This document shows positions 38,226 through 49,704 of a stretch of 64,000 bases of DNA, in pieces; the first letter of the stretch is position 1; every line of letters begins with the position of its first letter. The translations under genes were made by a program, and so were the position numbers. The notes under the pieces were generated by a model, which worked only from the letters and a program-made list of their open reading frames with translations, was not told where the DNA came from and searched no databases. Origin of the DNA: Eutreptiella sp. 'Long Island Sound 2002' (lineage: Eukaryota > Protista > Euglenida); NCBI GenBank assembly GCA_964036045.1, contig OZ038378.1, forward strand, positions 6,262,001-6,326,000, given 5' to 3'.

Positions 38226-40714
38226 CGTTCCCGAGCTCATGCAGCAACCTTAGGCTTTTGGGGGCGGTATGCCCACCCTACCTCATGGGCACGCGCCCTA
38301 CAAACCAGATCCCCACGCCCAGGCAACTCTTCAGGCTCTAAGGGATAGTACGACACCCTACACGACAAGCATGTGCCCTTGGGTCTGTGAATCCTTGCCC
38401 GACAGCGGCCTTGGCATCCGGGGTACAGACCACCCACCCTATCCGACGGGCCCCACAGCCCCCGACCCATGCCTACGACCTTAGGCTCTTGGGGAAGATA
38501 CATTGTACCTCGGAGGCATGCAGCCTCGGGCTCATGTCCCCGCGCCTTGGGAGTGACTTCAAGAACAGGGGGACGTTACTTCCACCTGAGGGTTCATGTC
38601 CCCATGCCCTAGCCACAACCTCGGCTCCACCGTGTCCTCCATCCTAGTCCGTTGTGTCATGTTTTTTGCTTGCAAGCGGTATGCAAGCAATTCTCCATGG
38701 CATAGTTTGTAGCGATGGTGACTCCCTCTAGCCGGTCCCAACAGGAAACAAAACGGATGAGAGCAAGTCGATTTAACACCCCAAGGTTTTGCTGGCGCTT
38801 AACTCCCAAACAAATGCAAAATCCCGGGGCCCGATGGGGGTGGCCGCCTGGGTCCGGCTTTGAGGTGGCCGCGACGGGGTCTAGGGGAGGCCCATCAACC
38901 CGTTAAGTATTACTGCAGTGTGGCGCTTAGTTACGATTAATTATGGCATTGTTAGAATCCATCCTCCGGGTAGGTGCCCACCGAGGGGTGGCAACACCTT
39001 TGGGATTCTATGTGGGGCGGGGCCGGGATGTTCGCCGGCCCAATGACGTTCCCATGGTGTAGGTGCATTGGGGTGGGGCTAAGGGGTATGGCTGGGGGGG
39101 GGGGGTACAACACTTCAATTTCTTTGTTTATACTAATTTGCAGGGGGAGGGAAGCAGAGCAGGTGAGAGGAGGCATGTGTGGGCAACAGCAAGTGTACCC
39201 CCACATGGGGGACCCCATTGGCTAGGGGATGTTCTTTTACCTGCTGTAGGTGCAGCAGTGGCGCACCCTGGCATGGGGGAACATCTTCTCTACAGTTTTA
39301 AGGTGCAACAGTGGCGTAGCCCCTCATGGGGGATCCGTGTCCCAAAACCGTTCAGGCACATGGAAGCGGAGGCTAGTTGTCACCCTGCCTGTCTTGCACC
39401 TCCTTGCTGCTTCACTCCACCCGCATTTTGGTTCACCGTGCCGTCACGGTGACTGGTGGTCGGCGGCCTTGTTGAAGTCTTTGCGGGCCTATAGACAGGC
39501 AAGCAACATGGGTGATACAGGGGCAGGGGGCAGGGGAGGGTGATGTGGTGTGGCATGTGCGGGGGTTGTGGGAAGGGGAGGTTGGTTGGTCGGCAGTGCT
39601 AGGGGTTGCTGACCGGTTTCCAGGGCCCAAGGGGGCTTGTATTTGGGCTGCGTGCTACCTGCTGGGGGAGGGGTTGCTACCCGGGGTCGCTGCCTTCCCC
39701 TTGCCCATGGGGTGTGGGCACTCCGCGTGGGCCCCTGGCAACGCGACATTGCATGGGGTCGCCAGGTGCGCCGCGTGCCCCCTAGACACGGCTGTGGTGG
39801 TCCTCCCTCATGTGTGGGCCCATTGTGGGCCCCTACCTATCTTTGGGCATTGCGCTCTGTCTCCTTGCAGCTGCCAACCTGAGAAGATGAGCAGTGGGAA
39901 TGGGGTGTGTAGGACCGATTTTGGGATCTAAGGTGCAGGGGGTGTAGGGATCAGGGGGTGAGGGTAGGGTTATCCACCTGGCCCATTGGTGGGGGGTTGG
40001 GTGGCGGGCCCCCTTCAGTGCGACCAGCTTTCGGCCTCCCAAACGCCGCATTTGTTGCCCGGCGCCGATTGCACACGGGTCAATAGAGACCTCCCCTTTG
40101 CAGAGCAGATCTCCAACAAAACCGGTTTCTGAGGGTCTGAGGGTCCGTGGCACCGACGGCGGTGGGGCCTGTGTATAAGGGCACAACCGCGGCTCTTCCC
40201 GGCGGACCTGCCGCGGGTCTCGGGGCTCAACCTCTTGGAAGGTGCAGGTGCGTCATGCGGGTGAACGGGGGCGCCGGCGGCCTCCCGCATCCGGCAGCAT
40301 CCAACCCAATGCACTGCCCACCTCCCACCCCCTCTCTGCCTCTTGCCTCTGGAGCGGGGGGCGGGGGCAGTGGGGGACTTTGCTGACTTTCTTGAGAGCG
40401 CCTGTTCCGCATTCACTGGACACTGGTTTGCGTCGGACAGCGTCCGGTGCACCTGCCGGCGCAGCGGTCGTTGACCGGGCGCTCTGTTGAGGTCCACCGG
40501 ACACACCCCGCGGCATGGGGCGCCTCTCCACCCGTTTCAATGGGTGTGATTTGGGGGCCGTGGCACGCCCGGGGGCCGTCTCCGTCGCGATTTGGGGTCG
40601 GGTCCGGCCCAGGGGCTGTCTTGCCCCCCCCCCCCTCTTCCCCGTGCTTTGCCGAGCGGGGGCATTCCGCTGCAGCCCCCCCCCCTCTCTTCACGCCCTC
40701 GGACGTGCCCTCAG

Positions 40715-41023
40715 GAGTTCCAGCAGCACTACAAACAGCTGCTGCACGAGATGGAGCGCTGCACGGACCCCGTCAAACACCAGGTGTACAAGCACCGCGT
40801 GCAGCAGGTGCAGCCCCGCCTGCAGCAGCTGTTTCACGTCCTGACGCAGCGGCAGCAGCTGCAGACCAACGCCGCGCTGCAGCACCGGCCGCCCCCGTGC
40901 GCGCCGCCGGGGCCCCAAGGCCCCGATGCCGTTGCGGGCGCCCCCTCGGGCACCGGCGCGAGGGCGCGCACCGACTGCGCCCTCCCCGGGGCCGGGCCGC
41001 TGCAGGAGGGCGACGAGGCGTAG
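40715..41023 (+). CDS. Terminal exon (coiled-coil-like), probably of the polyQ gene
   Basis: CCCTCAG acceptor in phase 0, strong GC3 codon bias, EFQQHYKQLLHEMERCTDPVKHQVYKHRVQQVQPRLQQLF..., TAG at 41021-41023. Confidence 0.7.
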   Translation, partial: EFQQHYKQLLHEMERCTDPVKHQVYKHRVQQVQPRLQQLFHVLTQRQQLQTNAALQHRPPPCAPPGPQGPDAVAGAPSGTGARARTDCALPGAGPLQEGDEA

Positions 41024-42895
41024 AGGGCCCCGGCGATGGGCGGACTGCAAAACTCCGTCGGCGCCTTTCGCTCTGCGCCCCATCGCGTCCGGGGCCCTGC
41101 CGCCGGTCGGGGCCACCGGCCGTCGAGGGACAGAACCGCTCGGCCTCTTAACGCGGATTGGCCCAGGGCCTGAGTGCCATCACAAAGCCCGTGCACCGCC
41201 TCTTGGGATGCAAAATACGTGTACCCTCAGTCCCATGGTCCGCCCCGAGTGCACGGAAATGCGTCATCCCGATGCCCGTGGCACAGCCCCGCCCTCGTCG
41301 CACCCCCTCCCAAACCCCCCGGAAGGCGCAGGAATCGCAGAGCGCCACCCAACGCTCACTCAAAGGCGCGGTGCGGCGACGGTGCGCATGGGGGACGGGG
41401 GCACGGCACAGCGTTGGCAGCCGGCGACAGCCCCGTCCGGGCGTGGGCCATCCGATGCGTTACCTCCGCAATTTTGTGGTGTGTGCTGCCCGCCCCATCG
41501 TGGACCGCATCGCGCGGCGGTCCCTTTGTGTTGCGGACCGAGCGGGGGCGGGGGGGGGGGTCCTGTCGCTGTGTACTCTCGTGCCCCCCCCCCCCCCCCC
41601 GGCCCCATCCGCATGACCTGTGGATTCGGGGGGCACTGAGGGGCACGAGCCTTAGGGGCCACTTCAACAGCGTGTGATGCCCCTCGTGAGTCACGGGGGG
41701 CTTTGGCAGGGCCTTCTGCACCGTCGGTTTTGCTGCCCCCTCCCCCTGGGGCGTGGCAGGGACGCTCGAGACTTGGGCAGGTCACGTGCGGCCAAAGCAC
41801 CCAGCCTATGCCCAGTTACCGTCTCCCTGGCGGCAAGTGCCGGCCTCAGTGGCATCTGTAACCGACACAACCCCCAACCCCTGTGGCAACCTCTTTCAAC
41901 CGCCTGTCTAGCTGCTTGTGGGGCCGCCTCTACGGTCCCTTCCCTTCTAATGCACCCCTGCCCGAAGTGCCCTCGGAGCCACAAGTACGCCATGCAAACG
42001 GCCACCTCCGACCGCGCGCAGGCGACGTTCATGATCGGATGACACTTGGCAGCGCAGAGCTCCCTCACTGGGGCATGGCATGTGGGCAGATCCCAGTGCC
42101 TTTGTCCGGGACATGCCCCAAAATGCGCGGCCGTCCTGTTTTTTTTTATTGGCAGACAATGTGTGGGTTCGGCCTTTGGACGGTGCCCAACAATGATCTT
42201 CCAAAACCCATTTGTCGGACAACATCCGCAGCCCCTTGACACGGGTGGGGCCGTACGTAGTGGAGGTGGTGTTGACTGCTGCATCTGCCGCGGCTTTGCC
42301 GCATGGAGAAGGAATCTGGCGTATCTTGAGCCCTCGAGACGCTGAATGCTGCTGGACAAACTGAATGCTGACGGAGACCCCCCCCCCCCCAGCCCCTGTG
42401 AGGACCTGGTCCAAGCGGACCGAGTCTGTCTTGCCGTCATTTGCATTTTTCTGACCACAACTTTCGTGGTCAAGACTGTGAAGGGATGCGGATGTGAGCC
42501 CTTTGCAGTGTGAAAGAGAGCCTGGGTCATGCTTCTTTCTGGCCCCCCTTACCCACACTTCTGCCCCGCCCCAAAAAACCTCTCGACGCCCAGTGCAAAG
42601 CGGCAGTTGCAGCCCTTGAGGCCGTCGTGCAGGGCATGCGGCCACACAGCCTTTGTCTAAGCATGTGATCCCCGTCTGATCATCGTTGTTCCTGACCTGG
42701 GCCCAGACAGAGGGCTGTGCGGTAAGTTCTAACCGAGACAGTAAATCCGCTTCATCGCAAGAGTTGCCCCACAGCCATTCCCAGACCATCCACAAGGAGC
42801 ACGGAATAATCAAAAGGCACAGATTCATGGTTTCCGAGGGCGTACAACAAGGCGGCGTTGCTAAATTCAGTGCTGGTGTAATCCGAAAAAGAAAC

Positions 42896-45354
42896 GTGGC
42901 CAAAGGGTTGGGTGGTATATTCCAATGTGAGCAGCGTGCGATGGGCACTATCCAAGTATGCCCCGGCACTGAGCCCCCAATCCAAACGTGCCGTGGTGGG
43001 ATAATGTGGTACATGTGAGGGAGACGGCAAATGTGGAAGTTAAGTGTTGCAATTGTTGGCATCCAAACATGAGCACTCCCATTGCACGCTCTTCTGAGGC
43101 GCACGGCACTAACAACAAGACCACAGCCCTGGTTGCTCTCCAAACTGATTGGTGGTCGCCGTCATGTCCTTGCCTCAGGGTGGTTTTGGGGGTGTCCATG
43201 GCAGCATCCCTGTCCTCCTTGCGATGCATAGGCAAATGCAATTTCTTGCATGTTTGCCCTTCTCCGCTTCCTGGGCGAAGGGGTTCCGCCGCCAGGAAAA
43301 GAAGGCCGAGTGTTGCATGGACTGGGTGAAAGCTGTCCACCACGAGGTGCCAAAAACACGCTCAAACAGACAAATATTCGAAAAAATTCTGCGGAGAGGA
43401 CGTTAGGACAGGCCCTAAAGCCCTCAAAAATGGATGCCCAACCTCAAAATAGAGGGGCAGGGGGCTCTCTCACCCTGTAATTTCCCAAACTCCAGTGGTG
43501 TACCGCTCATGCACATTTTTCAGGGGGTCGGCCCCCTGCAAACACACCCAACAGGTACGCCATGAACAAACAATCCACGCCCCATAACCGTCGCCTTGAT
43601 ATTTTTCATTGCCCAGCAATATGTCCATGCGATAGTATGCCAATGCAGCACTGTGTCAGCAGTGTTTGCATGCAGAGGTGTGTCCATGCCGCTCTGTGTC
43701 CACGCAGCAGTGTATTCTTGCAGCAAGGTGTTCATGCAGCCATGCTGGCATGCAAAAATGTGCGCCTGCAGCAATGGGAAACATGCGCACTGTGTGCACA
43801 TTTGACGTTTGAAGGCGTACTGTATACCCATGAAAACCGTGACCTCCTGGGAGCACTGGAAATGCACCCAAAACACAATTCATCACTGCCATCATCTACT
43901 CCGGAGGATCCTCATCTGTCCATAACCCATGGTATTGGCTTACACAGAGCAGAGTGAGGCTTGAAATCGCTGCCTAGTACTTCTGGTAGTACAAAAAATT
44001 ACGCAGCGCCTCCAACAGTGTGGAGCAATGGAGGTTTCCGTGTTGGTGCAAGTTTTGCTTGCACGGCAACGGAAAATTTAAAACGGAAAATTTCTCGCCT
44101 GATGTAGGCTTTCGGTTTGAGTGGGAGACCATCCAGGTGAACCTGCAATAATGAATTTGTAGAAGGAAAAGGTGCATTGAGATCCACATTGCATGTGTCT
44201 TGCCAAGGGAATGGGGTTTCGGGTCAAACAGTGGCTGCAAGTGCAACGTGTGGTGCGCTGTGCAAACCCACTCCTCACTAGCTAGAGCGCAGGTGGCAAC
44301 TAGAGCTTCAGATAGTGTTGGGTCCAGAAGTTTGACATGCTGGGGAGATTAAACCTGATTCAGCATGCTTTGAAACCTGCCCCCCGGTCCCACAGAGTTG
44401 AAGACCCAATTTGTGGACACCTCAGCCCACCCCCACAAAAGCACCCATATATGCTTACAGGGCTTATTGTACAGTACACCCTTGTTCATTAAGCTTCTTG
44501 ACCATATTTCAACGGCATGCTCCTTCCATGATGGACTAGGGCACCTTCCCTCACACGAGAGCACATGTACGTTTGTGTTGCTTTTTTGCAGTGCAGCATG
44601 GCCTGGCACATGTCATTGCACACCTTCACCCACTTGTGGTCTAATAACTCAATGAATGGCTACCACAAATGTACATCACCAATCCTGAGACCTGCTGAAC
44701 AATTATGCAGGAAGACACAATGCAGAACGGAATGAAAATGTCCACGTAATCCCTTGTAGGCAGTGTTGGCAACAAGCATGAATGACACAGGGCAAGGTAC
44801 TCATGAACCCACGGACGTGAGCCACATTCCATAGTTTGGATAAACCACGAGCAATTTCATTCCAATCTTCACCAATGGCCTGTGCCAGCTCTGCAATTTC
44901 CTGCACATACTCAATCTTCACCACCGCCCTGTGGTGGAATACTTCACCGAATTCAGAGAGAAGGAGACGAGGGCATCTGCCTACCCGTCGACAACGGATA
45001 CAGAATGGGCCGCTGGTTGCCAACAAACCATTTGTGATACGAAATGAGTCCTCAACGGCCGTAGTCATTGGGAAGGCACCCCCCACACACCCTTTGGAAT
45101 CCCCCCCCCAGGCACACAATAGGGCACGTTGCAGGGAAGAATGGGTAGCCAAAGGGTTGGGTGGTATATTGCAATGTGAGCAGTGTGCGATGGGCACTAT
45201 CCAAGTATGCCCCGGCACTGAGCCCCCAATCCAAACGTGCCGTGGTGGGATAATATGGTACATGTGAGGGAGACGGCAAATGTGGAAGTTAAGTGGTGCA
45301 ATTGTTGGCACCCAAACATGAGCACTCCCATTGCACACTCTTCTGAAGCGCACG
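42896..45354 (+). repeat. Pair of about 210-bp direct repeats (42896-43105 and 45145-45354)
   Basis: Near-identical from GCCAAAGGGTTGGGTGGTATATT to CTCTTCTGARGCGCACG. Confidence 0.9.
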
Positions 45355-47124
45355 CGTGAGATAATGGGGATTGTGTACCCTTATTCGTTCCCAGTTTGGA
45401 GACCCCAAGATCGTAGGGGATGTGCAGTCACGTTGACACCCCCCTTTGGGGGACCCTGACATGGAAGAGCAAGTGTAGCCTTATTGATTGCCCCTCACGC
45501 TGAATGCACTAGCTGCATCTGATGTGCTCTTTGATGAGCCTTTGAGAGGTTTGGGTGCATGGGGGGAGATGCATGTACCCCCAATTCCAAAGACTTCATG
45601 ATACGGCATGGTAGCGTAAATTGGTGGCTCCTACACACTTGTCCTCACCAGCGATCTGCAATGTTTGTAGTGCCCAAGAGCAGCGCTCTGTCCGTTTGCT
45701 CGCTCTATCTAGCAACACATACTTGAAACTTTTTGGGCCAGGTATTTGCAATTACCAGCAAGCAATGGTTGACACGAGGTCACCTCCTATTGTTGCATCT
45801 TACATGCTCACAAGTGGCTATTGTGGATCGCTCACAAGGCTCATTGGGCTTCGTTGGCCCAAAATCCCCTGACCAACGTGACCCTCATGGCAGCCTTTGC
45901 TCCATGTGGTGCCCTTAGTGCATTGCGCGCGCAGTTCGGGCGCAATGTAACTATTTGGGAGTCTAGCCGTACTGGCAACCCGTACTTTGTGATACTAGGG
46001 GTATCAGTGTTGCCCCTAGCATAGGTTTTGATGCTTCTTCCACATTGGGGGTATGGCATTTTTGGATTTTCACCCACTTTCACCCATTTCCACCCCTTTT
46101 CACATTTTTTTGCCCATCTCCACCATGGACTCCCACACTTTGGTGAGGCACCTTGAGTTGGAGTGATGGACTCCCACACTTCGGTGTGGCCCCTTGAGTT
46201 GGGGTGATGGGGGGAAGAATGGGAGCTGAATGATGAGGAGGTAGCGGCACTGGACTTACAGGGTGCTGCCAGCCCTAATGAAGTAGAAGAAACTCTCCCT
46301 GACAAGAACGCCGAAAGAAATGGCTAAGGAAAGTACTTCGCCATTGCTACTGTCATGGTTGGCGCTTCCTTACCCTCTGGGAAGGGTATGGCGTGGATGA
46401 GTCCACTTGGGAGTCCGCTCGGCATTTCTTTTGCCCAATGGGCGTTTGAACTTTGTTGTAGTTGAACACTTGTCCCACAACAACCTAGGTGAACTGCTGA
46501 GGCTAGCTGAGTTGCTTGCAGAGAAAGCCTAAGGATTGGCGCTATTTGAGAGTCTCGCCCTAGAGATTCACTCCTTTCTCCTTTCATGTCTTTGACGTAT
46601 GGTGGGTTATGGCGAGCATTGGGCTCCGTGTGTAGGGGCACACCCTAGGCTTTCGCATTTTGCATGATGTCTTATGTGAAGGGAAGGTAGCTTGCACTTG
46701 TCTTCAGCTAGTTTGGGTGACCTGAATTGAGGGGCGTTTTGGAAGGGGTGTGCCTGGGGGCTCTTCGGGAGAACCTAGTCTAGAAGTAGCACACAGTGCG
46801 CGCGCTTCGCAAGGACTCCGCCCATACTACATGCAATCGGTGCCCCACGTTTCATGGGCGCCTCCCCCTCTGCCGCTGTGCTCACAATCATCACAATCTA
46901 GTGAAAGTAAAACAGGGCAAATTTGACTCCATGGTGCAAGAACTAATGAAGCCGGAGTCGGAACGTTGGTCCGAGGATCCCAAGATGCACAAATAAATCT
47001 GCTCCAAAAGGGTTGAGGGTGGATGCAAGTGGGATGTTGGGCGTGGTATGGGGAAGAGTTTTAACAAATTGTGCTGCCATTACCTTTTTTGGTTGGGCTT
47101 GACCTTGCAATGTGCCCTGAAATT

Positions 47125-47400
47125 CTTGGCCGTCCATGTGCCCTAGATTGGTGGGGTGTGTGCCGGCCGCCTAGACGCCCTGAATTTTTAGCCGGCATGC
47201 CGGCTGGCCATGTGCCCCCATTTTTTTGGGGTACCTCAAGCAGCCTCGCATACTGTCGTCAATGTTTCCCCCAGCTCGCAGCTAGCCATGTGCCCTGAAA
47301 TAGTGGGGCGTGTGCCGAATGGCCATATGCCCTAGATTTTTGGTCGGCATGCGAGCCAGCCGGCCAACCATGTGCCCCGACTTTTTGGGGCCCGGCATGG
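47125..47400 (+). repeat. Degenerate short repeat cluster (CCATGTGCCC / GCCGGCATG motifs)
   Basis: CCATRTGCCC occurs five times at irregular 35-80-bp spacing, followed by T-runs. Confidence 0.55.
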
Positions 47401-49704
47401 CCCCATCAAGGAGCTTAGCATCTTTCCAGCAACCACTCCGGCAACATTACTCTCAAGTATGACCAAAGGCTTTTCTTTTCAAATGCGCACCGTCTATCAC
47501 CCTTGAGTGACTGCAGCAATGGAGGTCTTGGTGGGCGGTTCATTGAACAAGGGAATCTCCCGAGGCTGCCAAACCCAGAGCTGTTGTGGCAGCTGTGGAT
47601 GAGAAATGGCATGGATGAGAAATGGCGCACAGAAACCCTGATTCATGGTTTTAGCCTTTGACTTCCCATCCATGCGCCGCTGGGGGCCGTACACACCGCC
47701 GAGCCCTTGTGTCTAACATGTTCATCTCCTACAGTCTTCGCCAGAAGCCTGTAGAAAGTAACAACAAGCAGCCCAGAACACTCTAGGGTGCACCATTTTT
47801 ACGGGTTCCAAAGATTGACCATTTCCTCATAGTTTGTTCCAACATGTTACATGTTGCATGCATGGTGCGCGCACAATGGAGGTACTACCTCCAAGGGCTC
47901 ACAGTGCCTTTAGCCCAAGCGTGGTTCAGACCTCCTCAAGATTTTGGCCATCTGTTGGGGGTTGGGTTGTTCGTGTACCGCAGCTGGGCGCCCCCATGCT
48001 CTTGTGACCATTTGTGCCAACTGTTTGTGTACTCTTTGTGCATTTATCTATGCACCTGTACAAACTTTGAGACATAATGTGTGCCCCCACTATGAAGCCC
48101 GCACCGATGGTGTGGTGTAAATTTCTGAAAGGGCTGCCATTTTTCTCCCATATACTCCATGTGTGAGGTAATCGTCTTGAAACCTTGCATCCATGGGAAT
48201 GACCACAATCCCTAAGGGAGATGCAGTTGGGGCAATGGATAGATTGCTACCCATTGTATTGTCCGTCATGTGCCACAAATGGCCCACCTGTGCACCGCTG
48301 ACACGATTAGACCACTTGTGAACATCATACAAATGGTCCGCCAGAGCTGATGGATCTTCTCAACCTCTCATCTTGTATGGCGGACTCTAGCACTTGGTAA
48401 GGGTTTGCATACTCGAGCTCCGAATACTTGTGACCACGAGTAGTAAAGTTGGGGTCATGAAAGGGAATGTTTTGAGAGATGTTGCCAGGCTGGGTGAAAA
48501 GGTTTGCGCCGCTACTTAAGCACAATCCAAGGTTAGATCTTGGGGGGATAGAGAACCAATTTGCATATGAAGTGACATTTGGTACATCAAAGAAGCAACG
48601 ATTGATACATTCATGGAATTTCTTTCCTTGTTTTGGAGCTTTTGCCTGTGCACTCGAAGTGGCCAAGTGATATCACACTGAACAATTTTCCCACATAGGC
48701 ATACAACCTGTTGTCCTCAAGAGCATCCGCCTGCATGGACGCACGTGGTGCACAACAAGGGGCTCCTCTCAGAGCCCTTTCGGAACCCATCCCTGCCTGC
48801 ACCTTGTGTATCATCACCCATCAATTGGCTGTAAGTATGGAGACCGCAAAAAAAACCCCGAGGCAGTTTTGTTTCTCTTACAGCTGGTGTAGCACGTAGG
48901 GCACACTTTTGCGACATGTAAGTTGATGCGCCTGTATATTCTCTACTTTGACGCATCCTACTCCTTTGTTTCCCGTGATGTGGTGTCCTGATATAGTTAG
49001 GTTTATGGAGCCAACTATCGCTCACGATGGCTCCACCCCCAGCAGCTGCCTTTTGACGCCGGCCTCAGAGGGGGACGGACAGTCAAAAGTCAGAGCCAAA
49101 GTGGGCCACCAACGACCATTTGGGACCTCAAGACTATGGTGCAATCCCTGAGACCCTGAGACGGCATAAAGCGGCGGTGCCCCTGTCCGCTTCTCCGGGT
49201 ACACTAAGGGTTATGTAGCCATGGGACCGCCACCCAAACGCGTATACATCAATTCTGTTTCATGAGGGCTGCGTTTGGGGTGTATCCTGTTGTGGCGTGC
49301 AGGGCGCGCGCCAGACAGGCACCCCTCGTAGGGACCTTGCTGGATGATGCCAAACGGCAACACTGCATTGGACTCTGTGCCTCTCCAAGCTACAATCCTC
49401 TGATCAGACGAGTGCGGGATTCAAGTCAAACCCAGGTTCCCCCAGAAACCCCACTTTGGCGTCACTGCCTCTCTCTTCCACAGTGTGCAGTATATTTTTC
49501 TTCCCACCCACCCACCCCCAAACCCGCGCCATCCCTAACTGATCTACTTACAGTGCATCCGCACACCGGGGCCGCGCGCTCCCGCCCGTCAGATGGTTGT
49601 TTGACTTATACTGTGCCCGTGTCTTGAGGGAGCGAGGTCCAGGGAACCAGCCAAACCCACTTGCTCTCTTTCACAGTGCCCGCATTTGTGTTGCGGGGGG
49701 CACA

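Noticed and set aside
41947-43143. 398-aa minus-strand ORF
   Set aside because: It crosses a duplicated segment and repeat-like sequence; no recognisable domain.
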